NCBI RefSeq assembly: GCF_009914755.1
Contig: NC_060934.1
Length of the DNA stretch: 64,000 nt
Source: the human T2T-CHM13v2.0 reference genome, Homo sapiens
Direction: 5' to 3' (one strand)
The position numbers and the translations under genes were made by a program. The notes under the pieces are model-generated. The model was not told the origin of the DNA. It searched no databases and saw only the letters and a program-made list of their open reading frames with translations. Below are positions 33,534 through 49,325 of this stretch, piece after piece. The stretch's first letter is position 1, and each line of letters starts with the position of its first letter.

Positions 33534-36500
33534 GTGCGTGAGCAAAAGAGGGAAAAAGTAGTTGTAGGATCCAGTGGGGCCTACGGCGGCGAGGCGGGGC
33601 CGGAGCCTGGAGTGGGAGGGGCCTACGACTGCGGGGCGGGGCCGGAGCCTGGGACAGGCGGGACCTGAGGTGGTGGGGCGGGGCCGGAACGTGGAGTGGG
33701 CGGGGCCTGAGGCTGTGGGGCGGGACCGGAGCGCGGGATGACTGGGGCCACGGGTGTGGGCGAGGCCTGACGCGGTGGGCGTGCCGCGAGTCACCTGGCC
33801 CCGCCCACGGCGCACTTTTCCTGCAGGATGGGGACGTGCAGCGCCACCTCTACCTCCAGGACGTGATCATGCAGGTGGCCGACGTGCCTGAGAAGCCCAG
33901 GTAAGCGAATGGGCAGTGCCTAGCCAGTGCTACTCCTGCGCCGCCTCCCTGACCGGTGCCTGGTCCCTGGGGCTGTGCTGCCGCTCTTCCATGTGCGGCC
34001 GCCCCACCGAGGCGCTGTGCCTGTCCAGCTTTGGCGTGGCCGACTCTTCCACCACCTAGCCTGTTTGTGAAACTTAATTCATAAAAAGAGGGTTTGGGAT
34101 TGCAAAAGATGCATAGGGGCTTTATTGGACGTCTCAAAGGGAAACTGTGCAGAAAGTCCAGCTTGGTTCCTCGCACCGGAGGAAGGGCTCCTGAAGCACG
34201 TCTCCTTGGCAGGGTGCCCGCGTTTGCCTGCCAGGTGGCCGGCTGCTGCCAGGTGTTCGATGCCCTGGACGACTACGAGCACCACTACCACACGCTGCAC
34301 GGAAATGTTTGCTCCTTTTGCAAGCGGGCCTTCCCTTCCGGACACCTGCTGGACGCCCACATCCTGGAGTGGCACGATTCGCTCTTCCAGATCCTGTCTG
34401 AGAGGCAGGACATGGTGGGTGACAACTGCACAGCCGCCGAGGCCACCCCCCATTGGTGATGGGCTCAGAGTGCTGCCCCCAGCTCTCGGGTGCTCGGGCA
34501 AGGCCGGGGACACCTTTCCGCCCTTGGCAGCTCTGCTACGGGGGCATGGCGGTGGGGGAGGGCCAGGGGTCAGAGGGAGGTGACACGGTCTCCATTTCAG
34601 TATCAGTGCTTGGTAGAAGGCTGCACAGAGAAGTTCAAGACCAGCAGAGACCGGAAGGATCACATGGTGAGGATGCACCTGTACCCCGCGGACTTCCGGT
34701 TTGATAAGCCAAAGAAAAGCAGAAGGTAGGGAGCCGCCAGGCTCAGCACGTGTCTGCTTTTGATTTTAGGAAAAGGTTTCCAACTAGCCGGAATGCATAG
34801 ACGGTCAGACTTATTAAGCACTTGTGTGTCACCTAATGGGGTGTTCACCTGCAGGTACCTGAAGCCCTGGCAACACAGCTACAGGTGGTTGTGCCAGCGG
34901 CCACCCTGCCGAAGGGAGGCTGGAGGGGAGCCCCTGGCTGCCCAGCTCTGTGCCGGTGGAGGCAGCAGAGGGGGTGTGGGAATGAGCGGGCGCAGCGCCT
35001 CCGCACTCACACCCCTCTGGGCCATGCCTGTACCTCCTGCAGCAGTCGGCCGTGGTCATCCGCACTCACACCCCTCGGGGCCGTGTCTGTACCTCCTGCA
35101 GCCGTCGGCCGTGCTCACACATCATGCAGCCCTGGCTTTCCTTTTGTCCTGGTTGGTTGTGCGCATATGAACTTGATGACAAAGCTGTTGATTAACATGT
35201 TCCTGCCTAGAGTGCACTCTGGGAAATACTTCCAGGAACAATCTTTTTTTTTTTTTGAGACAGGGTCTTGCTCTGACACCCAGGCTGGAGTGTAGTGGTG
35301 TGATGTAGGTTCACTGCAACCTCCACTTCTCAGGCTCAAGCGATTCTCCCACTTCAGCCTCCTAAAGTGCTAGGACTACCAACACGCATCGCCGCACTCG
35401 GCAAAATTTTCTATTTTTTGTAGAGACAGGGTCTTGCTATGTTGCCCAGTCTGGTCGTGAACTCCTGGGCTCAAGCCGTCCATCTGCCTCAGCCTCCCAA
35501 AGTGCTGAGATTGTAGGTATGAGCTACCATGTCCAGCCGGAACAATTTTTAAATTGTGTTATATTTCTTCTTTTTTTAACTGATGAGGTGAACTTTCATA
35601 ATCATCTACAATTTTATTGATCAGAGTTTTTCAGACTCTACATTTTCTCAAGTAGTAATTTGCTCTTTAAAATAAAAGAACTGGGAGAACCCACTGCAAT
35701 GTGGGAGGCTTTACAAAGACTTACGTGTAAAGTAATTGTCTCCTTTCCGAGGGATCATTTTAAGGAGAAAAACCGTGCAATGCTGGATTAAGACATTCGT
35801 ATTATGGAAGAGACTAGTTTATAGTCTCTGGTTAACTTTAGCAAATTTCTCACACTCATAAAAAGACCCGTGGCACCGTTGGCACCATAAAAATACTATT
35901 TTCAAAAAAAAGTATGATTGTTACAGTTAAGTTTATAAGATGCAGACTCTATTATATAAACAATGGCCTTGCTGTAATCATTCTCCTTTTCCCAGTATCT
36001 TAAACCACACTATAAAATCAGACTATGCCAAAATAGTAAGAAAATATGCTACTTACAGGGAAATCCAGTTTCTTTCTTGCATGTTCATTTCTGGGGAACA
36101 CAGGGGCTGTGGGAGCCGTGCAGGGCAGTTACTCACTGCTCTCTCCCCGCAGCCCAGCCTCAGCAGAAGCCCCAGGGGACAGTGGAGAGCGGTCAGAAGG
36201 GGAGGCCATGGAAATCTGCTCTGAGCCTGTGGCAGCCTCCCCTGCACCGGCAGGTGAGAGGCGGATCTACAGACATAGGTCAGTGTCTGAGCTCTTTCTG
36301 AAACCCGTTCTCAACATGTGTTCGGTGCTGAGGATTCTGGGCTGCACCTGGGCCGCAGCTCTTCTCATACTGAATTCAGAAAGGTAACGCTGGGTAAGAA
36401 AATCGGCTTCCGCCAGAGAAGAAAGTCCAGATATCTCAGGTCCTGTGAATAACTTAGTTTCTCTCGCATACTCTGTTTTTGAGCCATTGAAGCGCAGGAA

Positions 36501-37303
36501 TGCCAAGCACCACTCACTTTTCCTCATTGTCTGAGTGGGATGGAAAGAGTCTCACTTGCAGTTGCTTCAGTCACAACCCAGGCGTCTGCCTTAATAGCAT
36601 CACCTGTGCCGTCTGCGTTTCTAGCGTCACCTGTGCCGTCTGCGTTTCTAGCGTCACCTGTGCCGTCTGCCTTCCTAGCATGACCTGTGCCGTCTGCCTT
36701 TCTAGCATGACCTGTACTGTCTGCCTTTCTAGCGTCACCTGTGCCGTCTGCCTTTCTAGTTAAAGTTGATTTTAAATTAATTTGGGAAAAACGGTGAACA
36801 AGTGGGGAAAAACATCACCAAAGACTCCAAACAGGTGGAACGATGAACTTAATGTTCCCTGCACCCTCCTTACAGATGCCTGGACTTTGGCCTGTGAATG
36901 AGCCCCGGGGGGCTGGGACAGTAGGGGTTTTCATGGAATGGACATGGGGTAGCAGGAAGTCTCAGCCCCAGAGGGCTTGGCAGGAGCCGCCCTCTCTGCG
37001 GAGTTCTTCCCAGCGGGTGTGCGTTGGTGGCTGGCGGGGACCCCCCACAGGAACTAGGTCTCAGGCTGTGGAAAGGGAGCTGCCCCAGGGCCCAGGAGGG
37101 CCGGCTCTGCATTCCGCATGTTCCCAGAGTGAAAGAGAATGAGAAGGAGACACACAAGTGCTGTTATGACCTGGGTTGTTGGTTGGCAAATACAGCATCT
37201 AATAGAAACTTTCTTCCATCCCAGAATACCCTCTACCATCTGCTTTGGTCAGGGTGCCGCTCGAGGATTTAAAAGCAACAAGAAGAAAACCAAACAATGC
37301 TGA
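33381..37303 (+). CDS. ZNF511: Zinc finger protein 511 (C2H2), spliced CDS of 252 aa
   Basis: join(33381-33533,33827-33900,34213-34414,34601-34725,36153-36278,37225-37303)=759 nt; MQLPPALCARLAAG...three C2H2 fingers...KKTKQC*. Confidence 0.96.
33827..33900 (+). CDS. ZNF511: ZNF511 exon 2
   Basis: cag|GATGGGGAC...CCCAG|gtaagc; DGDVQRHLYLQDVIMQVADVPEKP. Confidence 0.94.
34213..34414 (+). CDS. ZNF511: ZNF511 exon 3 (zinc fingers 1-2)
   Basis: FACQVAGCCQVF...HHYHTLH; CSFCKRAF...HILEWH. Confidence 0.95.
34601..34725 (+). CDS. ZNF511: ZNF511 exon 4 (zinc finger 3)
   Basis: YQCLVEGCTEKFKTSRDRKDHMVRMH. Confidence 0.95.
35244..35540 (-). mobile_element. Alu (AluJ-like)
   Basis: Antisense Alu; ggaacaat repeated at both ends. 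Confidence 0.85.
36153..36278 (+). CDS. ZNF511: ZNF511 exon 5 (extends to the stop at 36387 in the 262-aa retained-intron form)
   Basis: PASAEAPGDSGERSEGEAMEICSEP...IYRHR; donor AG|gtcagt. Confidence 0.92.
36595..36760. repeat. 27-bp tandem repeat x6
   Basis: tagcgtcacctgtgccgtctgcgtttc units. Confidence 0.92.
37225..37303 (+). CDS. ZNF511: ZNF511 exon 6 coding part
   Basis: cccag|AATACCC; IPSTICFGQGAARGFKSNKKKTKQC*. Confidence 0.92.
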
Positions 37304-38131
37304 TAGACTCAGAAAAGGAGTGGGGGGCAGTCACCACTGCTGGGCGTGGCATCCGCCTTGGGCCTTTCTCCGACCTTCTGGTGTGGCCGCCCTGGGGGCC
37401 AGGCCCTCGCCATCCTCCCCATCCTTGTTCCTCAGCAAATGGCATTAGCAGCTGTCATCAGAAGCTGTGAGGGACCCACAGATTTTGGAAACGACCTGGA
37501 CACACTATTGGGAAGGAGATGTGGACGGCCTGTCTCCTCCTGCAGGGCCCACCCTAAGAATGTATTTTTAAACACATGAAATAAGTATTTTTCACTGATG
37601 GTCTTGAGTCTTCATTTCTGTGTTGAGTCAGGTGCGGAGTGGTTATTGTTACCCATGGGTATTCTGTTTTCCACCCTCAGTTTTCAGGAAGATTTATAAA
37701 GTCCTGGCACCCCTCAGAGGTGGGTGATGGGGTAGGATACAGCACTCCACCTCGTCCCGGACCTCCTGGCTTTGGGAGCCACACCCAGTTGTCCTTGCCA
37801 CACCACTTAGGAGTAGACCTGGTGGGGGTAGGATCTGATGCCCACAGGGAGGGGCACTGGCTCTGGGGGCATGGGGTGCTTGGGGGTGTGTGGGATGCTG
37901 GGGGAGTGGGGGGTGCTGCCCCAGAGGGTGCAGGATCCATCACTAGTGCCAGCGGGGACCACAGAGCCTGCATCAGGAAATGCAGGCCAGGAGATTGGGG
38001 CTGGCATTGGATTGCAGAGATACACTGGGGGCAGTGTGTCCTGGAGAAATCACTCTGTTTTGATAAAATTAGGGCGCTCAGAGACTCCCGACCACGTCTT
38101 CCTCCAGCGGCCCTGTTCCCACAGCATGTGA

Positions 38132-39122
38132 TATAGGCGGCAAGCCACCCAGGTGCCAAGGCAAGAGAACGAGGGCACGAGCTGTTCCAGTATAACAAAT
38201 ATATAAAATAACAGGAGTTATACTAGATATATGTCATAGATATGATTATATATGTATCACTAATCATTAGTTTGTAGTAATTATTCTTTATTCCAATATT
38301 ATAATAATCCTCACTCTACAATCATAACCTAGGAAAAACCAGGCCATACGGAAATAGGAGCTGAGGGGACATAGTGAGAAGTGACCAGAAGACAAGAGTG
38401 TGAGCCTTCTGTCATGCCCGGACAGGGCCACCAGAGGGCTCCTTGGTCTAGCGGTGACGCCAGCGTCTGGGAAGATGCCCGTCGCCAAGCGGACCGTAGT
38501 CTAGTGGTAACGTCAGTGCAAAGGAAAAGCACCTGCTACTTAGCAGACTGGGAGAGGGAGTCTCCCTTTCCCTGGGGGAGTTTAGAGAAGACTCTACTCC
38601 TCCACCTCTTGTGGAAGGCCTGATATCAGTCAGGCCCGCCCGCAGCCATCTGGAGGCCTAACCGTCTCCCTGTGATGCTGTGCTTCAGTGGTCACACTCC
38701 TAGTCCGCTTTCATGTTCCATTCTGTACACCTGGCTCTGCACTTTAGATAGCAGTAGCAAAATTAGTGAAAGTACTAAAAGTCTCTGATATGCAGAAGTA
38801 ATGGCGTAAGCTGCCTCTCTCTCTCTGCCTCTCTGCCTTGGCTGCCAAATGACGAAGGGCCCCCTGTCCAGTGGACACGTGACACACGTGACCTTACCTA
38901 TCATTGGAGATGACTCACACTCTTTACCCTGCCCCCTTGTCTTCTATCCAATAAAAGTGCAGCCTGGCATTCTGGGCCGCTACCGGTCTCCGCGTCTTGG
39001 TGGTAGTGGTCCCCCGGGCCCAGCTGTCTTTTATCTCTTTGTCTTGCGTCTTTATTTCTACGATCTCTTGTCTCTGCACACGGGGAGAAAAACACACAGA
39101 CCCTGTGGGGCTGGTCCCTTCA
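38132..39122 (+). mobile_element. LTR13 solo LTR
   Basis: Colinear with 29026-30035; TSD tgtga; AATAAA at 38950-38955. Confidence 0.88.
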
Positions 39123-39924
39123 TGTGACTGGTGTGCTCCTGGCCCCCTGCCCCTGGCATTGCCTCACAGCCCACTCCTTTTGGGGCTCTGGGTCTGGCTG
39201 GAGGCAGTGGGTGGTCATCTGCAGCTGCTGCCCAGCTCCACAGGATGATGCTGAGAGCTCTCCAGCAACCTGGAGTCAAGGAATCTCAAGGGCCTCAGGT
39301 TCAGAGCTGACATGGCACAGTGCTTCGTGCTCTGAAAACTGAAGGCAGGTTCCCAAGCACTCAAGGGAAGACACTAAAGCCTGAAGCCCAGGCCTGGGTG
39401 CATCAGTGAAGAGAGGTTTCACACGCACATGTGTGGGGTGGGAGATGAGCACTGGCCGAGGGTGGCTGTGGTGGGGCCGCCCGGGGCCTGTCGGCTGCTT
39501 GAGAAAGCACAACACAAGAAAAATGCAAACACGCAGATTTACTGCTGGTTCTCCATCTCCCTGAGAAGATCCTGCCCCAGCCCGTTGAATCCTCTGGCTC
39601 TTGCGTGAGCTCCCTGCACAAGGCCAGCAGCACAGCCCTGGCGGCAGCGCTCCACGAGGATGTATTAGCCCTTTCCACAACAGCAGATTCTGCTAAAACT
39701 CTTTTGTTCACAGCAGGACTGTTCTATACCCTTCGGGGACTGTTGGTCCTGGCTTCCAATCCTAGCTTCATCTCTGCCTGGAAGCGATTTGTTTATTCTG
39801 TCTCAGTTTTTCTTCTGACAAGTGGGGAGTGTAAAACTTCGGTATGAAGAATGTTACTGTTTTGTTTCAAAGCCAGCATCATAACTGTACGTGGGCTGCA
39901 TCCGTTTCTAAGAAGATACTCATG

Positions 39925-40738
<814 letters not shown>

Positions 40739-40810
40739 CCTGGAAGTGGCTTCCAGGTTGCAGCTGTCAAGAGGACTCAGACAAGGCACAGGATGGAACA
40801 ACTGCACTCC

Positions 40811-41118
40811 CCAGACACAGAGACGGAAAGGCCACACACCCCCAAGACATAGAGATGGAAAGGCCACACACCCCGAAGACATAGAGATGGAAAGGCCACA
40901 CCCCCCTCCCTGGACACAGAGATGGAAAGGTCGCACCCCCCTACCAAACACAGAATGGAACAGCCACACCCCCGCTTAGGACACAGAGATAGGAAGGCCG
41001 CACCACCCCTCCCCCCGACCTGGACACAGAGATGGAAAGACCACACTCCCCAAGACACAGAGATGGAAAGACCATACCCCCCCAGGACACAGCGATGGAA
41101 AGACCACCCCCCCCCCCC

Positions 41119-41149
<31 letters not shown>

Positions 41150-43049
41150 ATGGAAAGACTGCACCCTGCCACAGGACACAGAGATGGAAAGACCACACCC
41201 ACCCCCCAGACACAGAGATGGAAAGACCACCCCCGCAAGACACAGAGATGGAAAGACCGCACCCCCCCAGACAGAGAGATGGAAAGACCACACCCCCCAC
41301 AACAGGACACAGAGATGGAAAGACCACACCCACCCCAGACAAAGAGATGGAAAGACTGCACCCCCCACCAACACAGAGATGGAAAGACTGTATCCCCAAA
41401 CACAGAGATGGAAAGACCGCACCCCCCCTCCCCCAGGACACAGAGATGGAAAGACCACACCCCCTCCAGACGCAGAGATGGAAAGACCACACCCCCCCCA
41501 GACGCAGAGATGGAAAAACCGCACCCCGCCACACACAGAGATGGAAAGACTGCACCCCCCCTTCCCAAGGACACAGAGATGGAAAGACCGCACCCCACCC
41601 CAGACACACAGATGGAAAGGCCTCACCCCCCCAGGACACAGAGATGGAAAGACCACACCCTCCCTCCCCCAGGACACAGAGATGGAAAGGCCGCACCGCC
41701 CCCAGGACACAGAGATGGGAAGACCACACCCCCCCCCAGACACACAGATGGAAAGGCCTCACCCGCCCAGGACACAGAGATGGAAAGACCACACCCCCCC
41801 TCCCCCAGGACACAGAGATGGAAAGACCACACCCCCCCAGGACACAGAGATGGAAAGACCACACACCCCCTCCCCCAGGACACAGAGATGGAAAGACCAC
41901 AACCCCCATCCCCCAGGACACAGAGATGGAAAGACCACACCCCCCACACACACAGAGATGGAAAGACCACACCCCCCCCAGACACAGAGATGGAAAGACC
42001 ACACACCCCCCCCAGACACAGAGATGGAAAGACCACACCTCCCCCCCAGACACAGAGATGGAAAGACCACACCCCCCCCCCCCCAGACACAGAGATGGAA
42101 AGACCACACCCCCCCCCCCAGACACAGAGATGGAAAGACCACACCCCCCCCCCCAGACACAGAGATGGAAAGACCACACACCCCGCCCAGACACAGAGAT
42201 GGAAAGACCACACACCCCCAGACACAGAGATGGAAAGACCACACACCCCCCCCCCCCCAGACACAGAGATGGAAAGACCACACCTCCCCCCCAGACACAG
42301 AGATGGAAAGACCACACCCCCCCCCCAGACACAGAGATGGAAAGACCACACCCCCCCCAGACACAGAGATGGAAAGACCACACCCCCCCCCAGACACAGA
42401 GATGGAAAGACCACACCCCCCGCCCAGACACAGAGATGGAAAGACCACACACCCCCCAGACACAGAGATGGAAAGACCACACACCCCCAGACACAGAGAT
42501 GGAAAGACCACACACCCCCCCCAGACACAGAGATGGAAAGACCACACACCCCCAGACACAGAGATGGAAAGACCACACCCCCCCCCCAGACACAGAGATG
42601 GAAAGACCACACCTCCCCCCCAGACACAGAGATGGAAAGACCACACCCCCCCCAGACACAGAGATGGAAAGACCACACCCCCCCCAGACACAGAGATGGA
42701 AAGACCACACCCCCCCCCAGACACAGAGATGGAAAGACCACACACCCCGCCCAGACACAGAGATGGAAAGACCACACCCCCCCCAGACACAGAGATGGAA
42801 AGACCACACACCCCCAGACACAGAGATGGAAAGACCACACACCCCCCCCAGACACAGAGATGGAAAGACCACACACCCCCAGACACAGAGATGGAAAGAC
42901 CACACCCCCCCCCCAGACACAGAGATGGAAAGACCACACCCCACCCCCCGAGGACACAGAGATGGAAAGACTACACCTGCCCCCCAGACACAGAGATGGA
43001 AAGACCACACCCCCCACCCCCCTCCCCCCGGACGCAGAGATGGAAAGAT
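40811..43049. repeat. Large VNTR, GACACAGAGATGGAAAGACCACAC(C)nCA, roughly 65 copies
   Basis: Constant 24-nt core with a variable poly-C spacer. Confidence 0.97.
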
Positions 43050-43640
43050 GGCCGCATCCCCGGGAACACGCACAGGTGGAGAGGCCAGGGCCCAGCTGTG
43101 CATGGACGACTCCGAGCTGAAGTGCAGCCGTGGGTGCCAGTGCCGGTCTCCGTCCTCCTTCACAGGAAACACGGAGGCCGGGGCCGCCAACCCCGGTCCC
43201 TTCATCCTCTGGCCCCTTCGCCCGCTCCTCACACGGACGGGCTGTGCCTGTGTCTGCTCCACTGGCAGCCGGTCGATACCCCCGGGCGTGCGGAGATGAA
43301 GACCTCAGGCGACCGACCGCCGTCCTCCCCTTTCCCCGCGGCCCAGGTCGGCGTGTCTGGCTGCAGCGCCACCTCCTGGAGGCGTCAGCACCCTTCTCCG
43401 CTGGGTGTCAGTTCGGACACTGTGGAGGGACGCGCTTGGAGGATGTGGGCGGCCCCGCGCGGAGCGGTGCAGAGTCGGCGGTTGTGGTGGTCCTGGCCCA
43501 GCATCCAGGCCTCGCATTGCCAGGGGCAGGCGGCTGGGAGCCTGTGGGAGGAGGTGTGGGAGCAGGGCAGGGGTCCCCAGAGATCCTCCCGGTTCCAGCC
43601 ACCCTGCGCGAAGGTAAGGCCTCTGCCGCGGGCCTCAGTT
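43050..43640. promoter_or_regulatory. Orphan CpG-rich segment with YY1-like and CTCF-like motifs
   Basis: AAGATGGCCGC at 43045-43055; GCGCCACCTCCTGG at 43366-43379. Confidence 0.45.
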
Positions 43641-43779
43641 TACCCATCTGTAGATGAGCAGGTGACGGGTGAGCTCCAAGAATTAGCCAGATTTGAAGCC
43701 CAGTGCTGGGAACACGGTGGACACATTCCTTGACTCCTACTGTCCCCCTTGCCCCTCTCTGCCTCTCATGCTCATACAC

Positions 43780-44280
43780 GTGCACACTCAGATGATCCAC
43801 TCCCCCTCCTCTCTGTATGTGCGTCCCTGCTCACACACGCTCACACTCACACAATCCACGCCCCTCCTCTCTGTGCATCTGTGCTCACACTCACACGCTC
43901 ACACACACAATCCATGCACCTCCTCTATGTGCGTCCATACGCTCACACTAACACACACACAATCCACACCCCTTCTCTTTGTATATGCATCTGTGCTCAC
44001 ACTCACACACTCATACGCTCACACACACACAATCCACACCCCCTCCTCTCTGTGCGTCCGTGCTCACATACTCACATGCTCACACTAACACATGCTAACA
44101 CACAATGCACACCCCCTCCTGTCTGTGTGTCCGTGTTCACACGCTCACACACGTCATCCACACTCCCTCCTCTCAGTACGTCTGTGCTCATACCCTCACA
44201 CACTCACACTAACACACGCACTCTCACACACACAATCCATGCCCCCTCCTCTCTGTACGTGCGTCCATGCTCGCACACAG
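43780..44280. repeat. CA-rich degenerate tandem repeat
   Basis: cacacacaatccacaccccctcctctctgtgcgtccgtgct-like units. Confidence 0.85.
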
Positions 44281-44675
44281 GGAAGCCAGAGGCCCTTCCA
44301 CCCCCATCCTGTTGGCTCTCACGTGGGCTGTGTGGATCTGGAAACCTAAATTCCTGATTTTGATCATTGCATGAAGGTTCCGTAAGAAGACGCCCTTGTT
44401 TGCAGGGAATCCACACTCAAGTATATACGGATAAAGAGGTCACTTCCTCTGAATGCAAGGAGTTGCCAGGCCGGGTGGGGAGGGTGGGACTTACGGCAGC
44501 TCCAGGAGCCCCTGGGCCCTTCTCATCTCCCATCTGGCTCCAGGGGAATGGGAGATGCCCGTCCCTGGGGCAGAGCTCACCCCTCCTCAGGCCCCACCCC
44601 CCACTCCCCACTCAGATGCCCCATTCACTCATTGGCTCAGAAAAAAAGGTAGTAGGTAGCAGCTAAAGAGACGAC

Positions 44676-45010
44676 AGATTATTGATAGATGATAGACAAT
44701 AGACGATAGGTGATAGATGATAGATAATAGATAATAGACAATAGATAGTAGGTGATAGATAGTGGACGATAGGTGATAGATAATAGATAATAGACAATAG
44801 ACATTAGGTGATAGTAGACGATAGGTGATAGATGATAGATAACAGTAGGTGATAAATAATAGACGATAGGTGATAGATGATAGAGGATAATAGGTGATAA
44901 TAGGCGATAGACAATAGATGATAGATTATAGACAATAGGTGATCGATGATAGATAATAGGCCATAGACAATAGGTGACAGATGATTGATAGGCTGGTAGG
45001 TAGATAGACG
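44676..45010. repeat. Degenerate (GATA/TAGA)n simple repeat
   Basis: gatagatgatagacaatagacgataggt arrays. Confidence 0.9.
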
Positions 45011-45200
45011 AGGTGGTGGAATGTGATAGAGCAGATGGGATGGAATGCCAACTGCTAGAGTTTGGATGTTAACATTTGATCCCCAATGTTCGAGGTGGGG
45101 CCTGATGGGAGGTGTTTGGGTCATGGGGCAGATCATGAATGGCTTGGTGCCACCCTCAAGGTAATGAGTGAGTTCTTGCTTGATTACTTCCTGTGAGGAA

Positions 45201-47353
<2,153 letters not shown>

Positions 47354-47381
47354 GAGAATTGATTGTTAAAGAGTCTGGTAT

Positions 47382-47652
47382 GGCCAGGTGCAATGGCTCA
47401 CACCTGTCATCCCAGCACTTTGGGAGGCCAAGGCAGGTGGATCACTTGAGTTCAAGACCAGCCTGGGCAACGTTTCAAAACCCTGTCTCTACAAAAGAGA
47501 TGATATGGTCAATGTCTGTAACCCCAGCTACTCAGGAGGCTGAGATGGGAGGATCACTTGAGCCCAAGAGGTGGAGGCTGCAGCAAGCTGTGATTGTGCC
47601 ACTGCACTCCAGCCTGGGCAACAGAGCATACCCTGTCTCAAAAAAAGAAAAA
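47382..47652 (+). mobile_element. Alu (AluJ-like)
   Basis: Alu dimer inside the MST LTR. Confidence 0.82.
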
Positions 47653-47967
47653 GAACCTAGCACCTCCCTCCATCCTTCTCCTGCTTCCTCTCTGGCCCTG
47701 TGGTCTCTGCACACCAGGCCTGCTTCCCCATCCAGCATACGTGGACACAGCCTGAGGCCCCACCAAAAGCAGATGCTGATGCTGTGCTTCTTGTACAGCC
47801 TCCAGAACTGTGAGCCAAATAAACCTCCTTTTTTTTACAGCAACACTAAAGGGATTAGGGCATCAGCCACTGGGCAATCTCAGTAAAGGGTGCATGGGAG
47901 TTCTTTACATGATCACAGTTGTTCTCCAAATTTGAAATTATCTCGAAATGTTAAAAAATAAAATACA

Positions 47968-48596
<629 letters not shown>

Positions 48597-48614
48597 TACA
48601 GGGGAAAGCTGTAT

Positions 48615-48620
48615 TTTAAT
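48615..48620 (-). terminator. Putative distal CALY poly(A) signal ATTAAA
   Basis: ATTAAA followed by T-rich antisense Alu tail on the minus strand. Confidence 0.45.
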
Positions 48621-48984
48621 TCAAACATCGGCCATGCAGAGACTCCCTGCCCCCATATATCCCAGCTGACGCCCCAGGCCCCGGGCCCCCCTCCCTTGCA
48701 GGCCATCAGGGCCAATTCAGTTCTGCGTGTGCTTGTTCATCTGGCCAATGCCCTTAGAAGCCCAGCAGTGAAGGGTGTGGTGTGCATGGCCCTGCCTTCC
48801 CTGACCCCACCTGGCTGGCTTCCAGCTCACCATGGCTTCCCTGGCAGGCCCAGTTCACAGGCTTCCTGGGCACTGCCGCTGTTCCAAAGCAGGCCAGTCC
48901 CACTGAGCTGGGAAGCTGCCTAGACCCGCACCTAGCCAGCAAGCCTGGGAGCCAATGGTGGGGGGCTTCCATCCACCAATGGTC

Positions 48985-49325
48985 GGGGGCTGGGGTGGGC
49001 GGGGCTGCAGAGCCGCTGCTGGCTGGGGTGGGCGGGGCTGCAGTGCTGCAATTGGCTGGGGTGGGCGGGGCTGCAGTGCTGCAATTGGCTGGGGTGGGCG
49101 GGGCTGCAGAGCTGCTGCTGGCTGGGGTGGGCGGGGCTGCAGAGCTGCTGCTGGCTGGGGTGGGCGGGGCTGCAGAGCTGCTGCTGGCTGGGGTGGTGCA
49201 GGTGGTGGGTGAGATCTGCCGGAAGTCCATTCCCTGTAGTGTTCAGTGCCGGGAGTTGGCTGGGGCTGGGGTGGGGATGCTGGGGCTGGGGTGGGGATGC
49301 TGGGGCTGGGGTGGGGATGCTGGGG
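48985..49325. repeat. 33-bp VNTR (~6 copies) and 20-bp repeat (~3 copies), G-rich
   Basis: ggctggggtgggcggggctgcagagctgctgct; ggggctggggtggggatgct. Confidence 0.9.

Larger units (their letters stand above)
32900..33900. promoter_or_regulatory. Bidirectional TUBGCP2/ZNF511 CpG-island promoter
   Basis: Head-to-head genes; ETS-type CGGAAGTG at 33303-33310; palindromic CRE CGTGACGTCACG at 33313-33324. Confidence 0.9.

Noticed and set aside
32808-33815. 335-aa minus-strand ORF, and similar Arg/Gly/Pro-rich ORFs at 2066-3013, 49739-50971 and 61062-62261
   Set aside because: Expected stop-poor frames in CpG islands; no recognisable domain
39276-39680. Possible processed pseudogene between LTR13 and the Alu
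   Set aside because: No recognisable protein similarity, poly(A) tail or TSD by eye
40811-43049. CRISPR-like constant repeat with variable spacer
   Set aside because: The spacers are only poly-C length variants; there are no cas genes and the DNA is human
40922-43733. ORFs of 390-850 aa on both strands
   Set aside because: Translations of a stop-free VNTR unit; open in all frames, with no coding bias or exon structure
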